NCBI GenBank assembly: GCA_043803945.1
Contig: JAZDJN010000036.1
Coordinates: 1 to 15,520, forward strand
Direction of reading: 5' to 3'
Source: a bacterium
Lineage (GTDB): Bacteria > Bacteroidota > Ignavibacteria > UBA10030
Length of the DNA stretch: 15,520 nucleotides
In this document: positions 7,491 through 14,265 of the stretch, in pieces
Layout of the letters: every line of letters begins with the position of its first letter
How positions within the stretch are numbered: the stretch's first letter is position 1
Position numbers and translations under genes: made by a program
The notes under the pieces: generated by a model
What the model saw: the letters and a program-made list of their open reading frames with translations, nothing else
What the model was told of the DNA's origin: nothing
Database searches by the model: none

Positions 7491-8741
7491 ATGACCCTGA
7501 TAAGCCCAGCCTCAACATTTAATCCGGCGGGGATCGCACTCCGCTCCCAGGTCCAAAGCGAATCCGAACTATTCTTCGATGCCGCACTTCTGACAAAGAT
7601 TCTCAATGCAGTCCCCGATATTATCCTTGTTCTTAACAACCATCGTCAGATTGTCTATTCAAATGAAAGTTTGCTCCATGCCCTCGAACTAAGTACGTCG
7701 AATGGTGTCCTGGGGTTGCGGCCTGGAGATGTGCTCCAATGCGCCCATGCAGAAGAGAGTGATGGTGGTTGCGGCACCACAGAATTCTGTCAAATGTGTG
7801 GTGTGGAGCAGGCTTTTCTCGAAGCTCAACGCAAAAATGAATCAATTCAGGAATGCCGGATATTGCGAAAACGGCTCAATCCGCTCGACATGCGTGTATG
7901 GGCCGTGGCGCTTCATCTCAAAGGTAAAGACTATATCGTCGTTGCTCTTGCCGATATAAGCCACGAAAAACGCCGGCGTATTTTAGAGCGGATATTCTTT
8001 CATGATGTTCTCAATACAGCCGGAGGATTATTCGGATTCGCTGAATTGCTAAAAGATGCAAATCCGGAGGAACGGGAAGAATATACCGCAATTATGCACC
8101 AGCTTTCAGCACAGCTTATCGATGAAATCCAATCGCAACGCGATCTTGCTGCGGCAGAAAACAATGACCTTGTCACAACATTCACCTCGGTTCATTCTCT
8201 AATGCTCCTTCAGGAAACAGCAAGGTTCTACCAGCGTCACGTCGCGGCGTTTTCAAAAGTGATCAATATCGATAAATCATCAGAAAATATTGGACTAACG
8301 ACCGACCGAACTCTGCTAAAAAGAGTAATTGGCAATATGATCAAGAACGCGCTTGAAGCAAACAAAGAAAGCGAGACCGTCACGGTTGGGTGTCGAAGAG
8401 AAAGTGGCGAGATAGTATTCTGGGTCCATAATGTTGGATTTATCCCGAACGATGTTCAGCTTCAGCTTTTCCAGCGCTCTTTTTCCACCAAAGGCGCCAA
8501 TCGCGGTCTCGGCACCTATAGCATCAAACTATTGACGGAACGATATATTCAAGGGAGCGTAAGTTTTGAATCATCTCTAAAAACCGGAACAACATTTTAT
8601 CTTCACATTCCCCTCTCAATAGAACAGCCAAAGAAAGTTGATGAATCCCGGTTATTGGATAACACTCAACCCAAATCAGTCAAATCAGGTTATAAATTAT
8701 CCTCCAAAGAAGCGGATCAAGCTGTTTTAATAGAAAAGTAG
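7491..8741 (+). CDS. Cytoplasmic sensor histidine kinase with Cys-rich PAS-like input domain, 416 aa
   Basis: PAS-like start ILNAVPDIILVLN, motif CAHAEESDGGCGTTEFCQMC, H-box FFHDVLN, N-box NMIKNALEA, and FSTKG..RGLGTY. RBS ggaga. Confidence 0.93.
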   Translation: MTLISPASTFNPAGIALRSQVQSESELFFDAALLTKILNAVPDIILVLNNHRQIVYSNESLLHALELSTSNGVLGLRPGDVLQCAHAEESDGGCGTTEFCQMCGVEQAFLEAQRKNESIQECRILRKRLNPLDMRVWAVALHLKGKDYIVVALADISHEKRRRILERIFFHDVLNTAGGLFGFAELLKDANPEEREEYTAIMHQLSAQLIDEIQSQRDLAAAENNDLVTTFTSVHSLMLLQETARFYQRHVAAFSKVINIDKSSENIGLTTDRTLLKRVIGNMIKNALEANKESETVTVGCRRESGEIVFWVHNVGFIPNDVQLQLFQRSFSTKGANRGLGTYSIKLLTERYIQGSVSFESSLKTGTTFYLHIPLSIEQPKKVDESRLLDNTQPKSVKSGYKLSSKEADQAVLIEK

Positions 8742-8968
8742 AGGCGGTCTATTAATTAGGGTGGCAGGGACCAATCTCTGCCATAGAACAATCCCTCAGT
8801 TGCAGGAATAACTTTTCTGAGTATAAATTAAGATGAATTTTCTTCTTCTCACCTTGCGTTTGAAGCATAACATCCTTCTCACTACCACTTACCTTGTCAC
8901 AGATTGTAGATTCTACAACACAAGCCCTAAATCGCCTCTTAGAACTATATACCAAATCCATCTTTTAT

Positions 8969-8984
8969 TGGCACGCCTTATGAA
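8969..8984 (+). promoter_or_regulatory. Sigma54-like promoter upstream of the receiver/DZR/ATPase genes
   Basis: TGGCACGCCTTATGAA has a consensus -24 (TGGCACG) and TGA at -12 instead of TGC. Confidence 0.4.
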
Positions 8985-9024
8985 TGCAATAAGTAGAACA
9001 ATGGAAACAAACCCTGAGGCTCTA

Positions 9025-9441
9025 ATGCAAAACCAACAATCCATTCTCATCATCGATGATTCGTCGCATGTCCGCTTTCTTCTTCTGAGAATGTTGAATC
9101 GGCTCGGCTTCATAACCGTCGATTCAGCAGACGACGGAATCATCGGTCTGGAAAAAGTCCATGCTTCTCCTCCAGATTTAATTTTCCTTGATGGCATCAT
9201 GCCCGGGAAGGATGGTTTAGCAGTTTTAAAAGAAGTTAAGCAATGCTTTCCGGAGATTGTGGTCATCATGTCAACTTCCCTGACGGAGAGAGAGAAAATA
9301 TTTGAATATAAAAATTCAGGTGCCGACTTCTACCTCCTCAAACCATTCGAAGATACAAAGTTGAAAGAAATTCTTTCGAGAGCCATTCCTCTCATTTCTC
9401 AACGGAAACAGGAGGTGCACTATGCAGTGTCCTCAGTGTAA
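9025..9441 (+). CDS. Single-domain CheY-like response regulator, about 138 aa
   Basis: ILIIDD, FLDGIMP, MSTS and LLKPF. The start is moved from 8833 to ATG 9025 (gagg at 9016-9019); ATG 9001 is an alternative. Confidence 0.9.
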   Translation: MQNQQSILIIDDSSHVRFLLLRMLNRLGFITVDSADDGIIGLEKVHASPPDLIFLDGIMPGKDGLAVLKEVKQCFPEIVVIMSTSLTEREKIFEYKNSGADFYLLKPFEDTKLKEILSRAIPLISQRKQEVHYAVSSV

Positions 9442-9748
9442 CTCCGAAAATGACCAAATCCGAAAATTCTGTAACAGTTGCGGTGCTCCACTCGGTAAAA
9501 TCTGCGATCGATGCGGGGTGGTGAACCGGCATGAAGATAGCTATTGTGGCACATGTGGTTTATCACTCGCTCCGTCACTTCAGCGACAACGCTCAGTATC
9601 TGCATCGGGACTTCCCACCCCATCAGCAAAACACCAATTCACCGAGAGAGAGATTGAAGACCTTCTCGTCTTACGTCGATCTCTTAACATCGATGCAAAA
9701 ACATTCTTCACAATGGCCCAACATGAAATCGACACTTTATTTGGATAA
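9422..9748 (+). CDS. Double zinc ribbon (DZR) protein, 108 aa
   Basis: Four CxxC pairs (CPQC, FCNSCGAPL, CDRC, YCGTCG). Strong RBS ggagg. Overlaps the upstream gene by 20 nt. Confidence 0.88.
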   Translation: MQCPQCNSENDQIRKFCNSCGAPLGKICDRCGVVNRHEDSYCGTCGLSLAPSLQRQRSVSASGLPTPSAKHQFTEREIEDLLVLRRSLNIDAKTFFTMAQHEIDTLFG

Positions 9749-11450
9749 TCCGATTGCACTGAGTCAAAGCGATCAAGTACTAGACTCACTTCAAAATAAG
9801 CATCTCATCGATGTGGATATTCTTATCGCTAAGAAGAATCAATTTCAGGAAGCTAAACAACTCCTGGGATTCACCCGTGCCATGATCTCGGTACTAGGAG
9901 TTGACGAAGAGATACTTGCCAACAGTATTTGCCAAACCGTTGGATTGGCACGTATGACTATTGCAAAAGAGATGGGGACCGCTCCTGCTCAAATAATAAC
10001 ACAGGAGGAGATCCTTCAATTTCGTGCAATACCCGTGTTCAAAATAGGTCTTGAGATCACATTCGCTTTTATCGATCCTCCCGATACATCTCTTCGGCGT
10101 CACCTGCAACAATTAACCGGCTCACGCGTTCTTCCCGTTATCACAACGGTCTCTGATTTCAATCTTGCTGTAAAACAGTATACAGGTTCGCTGGATAAAC
10201 TGCAGCGCCTCAGCTCTAACATCGATCTGAAAAAATTAGAATCGTCCTTTCGCCGGAATGAAGGCGGCGTGCTCATCGAGTCTCCAGCCGGCGAATCCAA
10301 CATGGAAAGCCTGGTTAATGAATTACTCTTGCGGGCAGCAAAAACGGGAACAAGCGATATTCATATCGAACCTGGCGAGAATGATTCACTCGTCCGTTTT
10401 AGAATCGATGGCGTCTTGCAGAAAATCATCACACTCCCTAAGGAGGCACATGCGAGCATGATTGCCATTCTGAAGGGAAAATCAGGGATGGATATGTTCG
10501 AACGCTCAATTCCTTTGGATGGCCGGATGTCGTTGAACTTCGCTGATCGTTGCTTCGATGTTCGCATTAGTACACTCCCACTTCTCTACGGCGAAAAAAT
10601 GGTGTTACGTGTTCTCAGTAAAACAGCGATGATGGTGAATCTTGAAAATCTCGGTTTCTCTGAAGGTAACCTCAAGAAATTTCGTTCACTCCTCGCCCTT
10701 CCTAACGGCATAGTTCTGGTCACCGGACCAACTGGAAGCGGCAAAACAACTACCCTGTATGCTGGATTGAATGAAATTAAGGGAATTGGCCGAAACATCA
10801 CGACAGTAGAGAATCCTGTTGAGTATAAACTTCCTCTTGTGAATCAAACTCAGGTAATACCCGAACGCGGCTTAACATTCGCCACCGCTCTTCGTGCGAT
10901 TCTAAGACAGGATCCTAATGTAATTCTCATCGGCGAAATTCGCGATGTTGAGACAGGTACTATCGCCACAGAAGCTGCACTAACGGGCCACCTCGTCCTC
11001 AGCACTCTTCATACCAATGATGCAATAGGCGCTATTCCAAGAATGATCAACCTCGGCATTGAATCGTTCTGGGTCAGCTCATCCATCATCGGGGTCGTAT
11101 CCCAGCGCCTTGTTAGAAGAATTTGTGTGCGTTGCCGGGAAGAATATCTTCCAGATGAGAATTCACTCCAGGAACTTGGCCTGGATAATTTCCCCCGAAC
11201 CTTACCAATGTTCCGTGGTCGTGGCTGTGAATACTGCAATGGGATCGGATATAAAGGCAGGGTGGCAATTCACGAGGTCCTCGTCATCACAGAAGAGATG
11301 AGGGAAATAATTATTGGTGAAGTGACCTCAAGCAAAATACGGGCGCTCGCTTTGGCAAGTGGCTATAAAGATCTGTTCTACGATGGCCTGCAAAAGGCAA
11401 TTGCTGGTATAACTACCACCGACGAATTGCTCAGGGTAGCAAGACATTAA
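9723..11450 (+). CDS. GspE/PulE/PilB-family secretion or pilus assembly ATPase, about 575 aa
   Basis: SDIHIEP, RFRIDGVL, Walker A GPTGSGKTT, Asp box TVENPVEY, Walker B LRQDPNVILIGEIRD, His box GHLVLSTLHTND and Zn motif CVRC...CEYC. The start is uncertain (ATG 9723 or TTG 9741); the 9531 start overlaps the DZR gene too far. Confidence 0.93.
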   Translation: MKSTLYLDNPIALSQSDQVLDSLQNKHLIDVDILIAKKNQFQEAKQLLGFTRAMISVLGVDEEILANSICQTVGLARMTIAKEMGTAPAQIITQEEILQFRAIPVFKIGLEITFAFIDPPDTSLRRHLQQLTGSRVLPVITTVSDFNLAVKQYTGSLDKLQRLSSNIDLKKLESSFRRNEGGVLIESPAGESNMESLVNELLLRAAKTGTSDIHIEPGENDSLVRFRIDGVLQKIITLPKEAHASMIAILKGKSGMDMFERSIPLDGRMSLNFADRCFDVRISTLPLLYGEKMVLRVLSKTAMMVNLENLGFSEGNLKKFRSLLALPNGIVLVTGPTGSGKTTTLYAGLNEIKGIGRNITTVENPVEYKLPLVNQTQVIPERGLTFATALRAILRQDPNVILIGEIRDVETGTIATEAALTGHLVLSTLHTNDAIGAIPRMINLGIESFWVSSSIIGVVSQRLVRRICVRCREEYLPDENSLQELGLDNFPRTLPMFRGRGCEYCNGIGYKGRVAIHEVLVITEEMREIIIGEVTSSKIRALALASGYKDLFYDGLQKAIAGITTTDELLRVARH

Positions 11451-11671
11451 CTGTCCCATGAATCCCTTATAGAATAATCCCTGAGCCCATCGGGTCGCAG
11501 ATATAGTGCTTCCTTGTTCCTTCTTTTATTGCTTATCAACAATAGTGTCTCCTTCTAACCCTTATTGCCGAATCACTCTCTGAAGAATTTTCAACAAATG
11601 AGCGGGAACTCTTCTTGGATTATCCTCTATAAAATAATGGGAATTATAGAAGATCATTCGAATAGCCGTAA

Positions 11672-11687
11672 TGGCATACTCCTTGCT
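11672..11687 (+). promoter_or_regulatory. Sigma54 (RpoN) -24/-12 promoter of the pilin-like operon
   Basis: TGGCATACTCCTTGCT has the GG and GC dinucleotides at consensus spacing. It lies 72 bp upstream of ATG 11760. Confidence 0.75.
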
Positions 11688-11759
11688 CCTATTTGGGATA
11701 AAGAGTTGTCTCAATGAAGTATGATGATTTGGATCTCAAACAACTAAGAGGATAATCCT

Positions 11760-12326
11760 ATGGCGCAAATGTTGTTAGTTATGGGAGCGTTTGCAATGCT
11801 CTCAACGCTTGCCCTGAGCATCAATGGCATGATGACAGGCTCTATGCAGCTCGGCATCGAAATGGAGGCAACGATGAATGCCGTCTCCATTGGCCAAAGC
11901 TTGATAGATGAAATTATGGCGAAGGATTTCGACGAGCACTCAACACACAACGATCAGATGTATGCGACGTCTGAAGCGACCCCTGCCGGTTCTTTTGGTA
12001 TTGACGGAGCAGGCGAAAGTTGTTCCGGTGCCGGCGGGGTTGGGTACGATACAACGTACGCCTCTCTTACCAAGTTCGACGACGTCGATGACTATCACCA
12101 TTATATTCGGTGGGTGCGGGATTCGCGCCTCGGATGGTTTGTCGATTCTGTCACCGTAGAGTATGTTGATGAAACAACACCCACGACAGCCTCTGGTTCA
12201 CAAACATTTTTCAAAACCATTACTGTTTCTGTCACAAACGATAATATGCCAAAGCAGCTCAATAACCTTGCCAGGGTTCAGCCGTATTACGTTCGAGATA
12301 TTTCCATTTACCGGCGGTACTTTTAA
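11760..12326 (+). CDS. Minor pilin-like protein (MshD/PilV-like), 188 aa
   Basis: N-terminal hydrophobic helix, segment IGQSLIDEIMAKDFDE and motif FDDVDDY resembling MshD-type pilins, and a late strand KTITVSVT. No G|FTLIE leader. Confidence 0.65.
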   Translation: MAQMLLVMGAFAMLSTLALSINGMMTGSMQLGIEMEATMNAVSIGQSLIDEIMAKDFDEHSTHNDQMYATSEATPAGSFGIDGAGESCSGAGGVGYDTTYASLTKFDDVDDYHHYIRWVRDSRLGWFVDSVTVEYVDETTPTTASGSQTFFKTITVSVTNDNMPKQLNNLARVQPYYVRDISIYRRYF

Positions 12327-12341
12327 AGGAGGGATAAGACA

Positions 12342-12941
12342 ATGCATGTAATGCTCGATATCGTTGGCTCGATGTTCATTTTCGGTTTTCTCATTTTGAC
12401 CGTAGGACGGGTCCAGCAAAATTTGAACACGACACTTTACCAGTCAACCTATAATATTCAGACACAGCGCAATGCGATTGAATTAGCAAAGCAAATCGAA
12501 TTCGAATTTACAAAAATTGGCTATGGGGTAAACAGCAACCAGTTGGTCTATGCAGATTCTAATCGGATCATTTTCAGGGGCGATATGAAAAACACCGGAC
12601 AAGTCGATTCTATCCGCTATTCAAAGGGTACAACCTCGCTGGCAACATCTTCTACCAATCCCCGCGACTTTCCATTAATACGCCGCTCAAAAGTTAGCAA
12701 TGATTCACTGACTCAGCATTTTGGCATTACCCGTTTAACGTTCGCGTATTACGACTCCACAGGTACTGCAATGACAACGCCGGTATCATCCGGCCTGATG
12801 ATCAATGTTCGGGCAATTAATGTTGCATTCCGGGTAGAGAGTTTTGAATCCGTTTACGACCCGGTATCCGGTGACACAACATGGTTCGCAGTGAACTGGC
12901 AAAAAAGGATTTATCCAAGAAACTTAAGCAATTACAGGTGA
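12342..12941 (+). CDS. Minor pilin-like protein (PilW/GspJ/MshO-like), 199 aa
   Basis: N-terminal hydrophobic helix, amphipathic helix ending in EFTKIGYG, LTFAYYD, VRAINV and a terminal PRNL motif. RBS aggaggg. Confidence 0.62.
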   Translation: MHVMLDIVGSMFIFGFLILTVGRVQQNLNTTLYQSTYNIQTQRNAIELAKQIEFEFTKIGYGVNSNQLVYADSNRIIFRGDMKNTGQVDSIRYSKGTTSLATSSTNPRDFPLIRRSKVSNDSLTQHFGITRLTFAYYDSTGTAMTTPVSSGLMINVRAINVAFRVESFESVYDPVSGDTTWFAVNWQKRIYPRNLSNYR

Positions 12942-12944
12942 GAT

Positions 12945-13127
12945 ATGGGATGTTCAGCGATGTTTCTGGTGACGGGGCTCGGTATGGCCTTTGCAATGAT
13001 AGGCTTCAACATCAATAAGACAGGGAGCCAGGCCGTTGAGGTACAGATGGAGTATATGAAATTTGCCAATGCCCGCAACATTGGCAATCTGAAGAACTAT
13101 AGAGTATTGAGATGGTACGAGCAATAA
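12945..13127 (+). pseudogene. PilX-like third minor pilin, apparently with a large in-frame internal deletion (60 aa)
   Basis: A hydrophobic N-terminus and ARNI segment typical of the PilX-like N-terminal helix are joined directly to a PilX-like terminus, YRVLRWYEQ. It starts 3 nt after the previous stop. Confidence 0.5.
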
Positions 13128-13282
13128 CCTCAGGACCATCTCTTGCTCCTTCCAAGGTGTTTTCCCGATGGAGGGAAGATTATTGTTTTGCGTGAATGGT
13201 ACTATGTTGCTTTTAGACCAGTCTTTGGCGATCAGACTTATTGAAGTATTGACACCTACTCGTACAGCCTTTTGCTGAAATA

Positions 13283-13513
13283 TTATTCTGCAATGTTTTT
13301 CTCTAAATAGAGTTTGATGTTGTCCGAAAGATAGAACACACCAAGTATCGGCATATCAAGATAACTGAGTGACGTTGTAGAGTTCCATTGTGTTCCAATT
13401 ATATTCATCTCAGATTTTACCCCTTTCGTCGAATACATCAACTCCGCCTGCAAGGCAAACTGAGGATCGAAATTGTCAAGCGTATAGCGAAGGAAAATAT
13501 CGTGTGAACGTCC
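13283..13513 (-). pseudogene. Fragment of an outer-membrane beta-barrel (PorT/porin-like) gene
   Basis: Not in the ORF track. My translation is IFLRYTLDNFDPQFALQAELMYSTKGVKSEMNIIGTQWNSTTSLSYLDMPILGVFYLSDNIKLYLEKNIAE*. The FxLQxELxYSxKG and YLDxPIL motifs are typical of this family. The family N-terminus/signal peptide and C-terminal half are missing. Confidence 0.7.
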
Positions 13514-13677
13514 TCACAGTAGGCCAACTTGTCAAAGAACGAGAATATGAAACCATAAATCTGATTATTTGATTTTTCCCCCTACCCGATGATGACATTT
13601 TCTCAAATCGGGTAAAGAATGTATCACTCAAAATCTTGACCAGAACAAATCTTCAATTGGTGCTTTTTAGAGCAAAC

Positions 13678-13791
13678 TCAACACTGTTTGTTTGTTCCTG
13701 TCGATCGTACAAACCTTTTACCCCGAAATCGGAAATCTACATAATACACGTATTCTCCGCTCTGGTTCTTACGTCGACGTAGACAAGACAT
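13678..13791 (-). pseudogene. Tyrosine integrase N-terminal (arm-binding) remnant, 37 aa
   Basis: Not in the ORF track. MSCLRRRKNQSGEYVYYVDFRFRGKRFVRSTGTNKQC* follows an AAGGAG RBS (13799-13804). The YYVDF..GKR..RSTGT pattern is typical of phage/island integrase N-termini. It lies next to a broken tRNA. Confidence 0.7.
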
Positions 13792-13808
13792 TCCGGTTCT
13801 CCTTGCGT

Positions 13809-13916
13809 GGTTACAAAACGGTAACATGGATAGGCGGGGCTGAGAAATAGATTTCAAAAACTCATAAACACTAATGTTTGCAGCCTATTTATCACGCCCC
13901 GTTTTTTTCTGAGAAA
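13809..13916. mobile_element. Putative attachment-site arm of an integrated element
   Basis: Lies between the integrase start and the tRNA break. Contains tandem ggttaca/ggtaaca 11 bp apart (13809, 13820), direct repeat ctgagaaa (13840, 13909) and inverted cggggc/gccccg. Confidence 0.5.
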
Positions 13917-13957
13917 AGCTTGGAAGGCTGTGACTCTATCAACTGAGTTACTCCCGC
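13917..13957 (-). pseudogene. 5' half of tRNA-Gly(TCC)
   Basis: GCGGGAG TA ACTC AGTTGATA GAGT C ACAGC CTTCCAA GCT gives the acceptor 5' strand, D arm, anticodon loop with TCC and 3 nt of the 3' stem. No T arm or 3' acceptor strand follows. Confidence 0.9.
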
Positions 13958-13961
13958 AGAG

Positions 13962-14044
13962 TGGGCAGGGAAGGATTCGAACCTCCGAAGGCATGAGCCG
14001 TCAGATTTACAGTCTGATGCGTTTAACCACTTCGCTACCTGCCC
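13962..14044 (-). tRNA. tRNA-Tyr(GTA)
   Basis: Acceptor GGGCAGG/CCTGCCC-A, anticodon arm TCAGA CTGTAAA TCTGA, long variable arm and GGTTCGAATCC. CCA is not encoded. Confidence 0.97.
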
Positions 14045-14057
14045 ATTATCGTCGTCG

Positions 14058-14130
14058 AGCTGGCGATCGGACTTGAACCGATGACCTGCTGATTACAAGT
14101 CAGCTGCTCTACCAGCTGAGCTACGCCAGC
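14058..14130 (-). tRNA. tRNA-Thr(TGT)
   Basis: Acceptor GCTGGCG/CGCCAGC-T, anticodon arm GCTGA CTTGTAA TCAGC and T arm ATCGG TTCAAGT CCGAT. CCA is not encoded. Confidence 0.97.
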
Positions 14131-14186
14131 AAAGAAAACGCCCAAAAAACCGCTTTCTTGATTCGTACGCAATTTTTGAGCTTTTT

Positions 14187-14214
14187 AATATAGCGAAAAA
14201 TACTAAAGAGTCAA
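14187..14214 (-). promoter_or_regulatory. Sigma70-type promoter of the tRNA operon
   Basis: TTGACT, 16 bp spacer, TATATT on the minus strand, about 55 bp upstream of tRNA-Thr. Confidence 0.7.
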
Positions 14215-14265
14215 CGTAAATCTTGTATGAAAAATATTTTAGAGAGGAAAAAGTCTATAGACGGA

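Noticed and set aside
8833-9024. Long N-terminal extension of the CheY-like ORF, and the opposite-strand ORF 8752-8961
   Set aside because: No domain features. The region contains a promoter-like element, and a better RBS/ATG lies at 9025.
9531-9722. Upstream start of the ATPase
   Set aside because: It overlaps the clearly coding DZR gene in another frame.
9755-9766. tgcactgagtca, identical to 191-202
   Set aside because: A single copy inside coding sequence with no partner arm or tandem octamers. Short matches of this length can occur by chance in a 15 kb window.
11599-11612. gagcggga as the missing 3' half of tRNA-Gly
   Set aside because: No T-arm sequence is adjacent and the match is too short.
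13147-13176. ccttccaag (13148-13156) as a second att core, or a strong terminator
   Set aside because: It is inverted relative to the tRNA core and only 9 bp. It is explained as one arm of a weak hairpin (tccttcca/tggaggga) that lacks a clean U-tract.
13390-13572. 60-aa plus-strand ORF
   Set aside because: It is antisense to the recognisable beta-barrel fragment and has no RBS or motif.
13860-13917. Group I intron interrupting tRNA-Gly
   Set aside because: The break is in the stem rather than the loop, no intron core or second exon is visible, and an integrase remnant follows.
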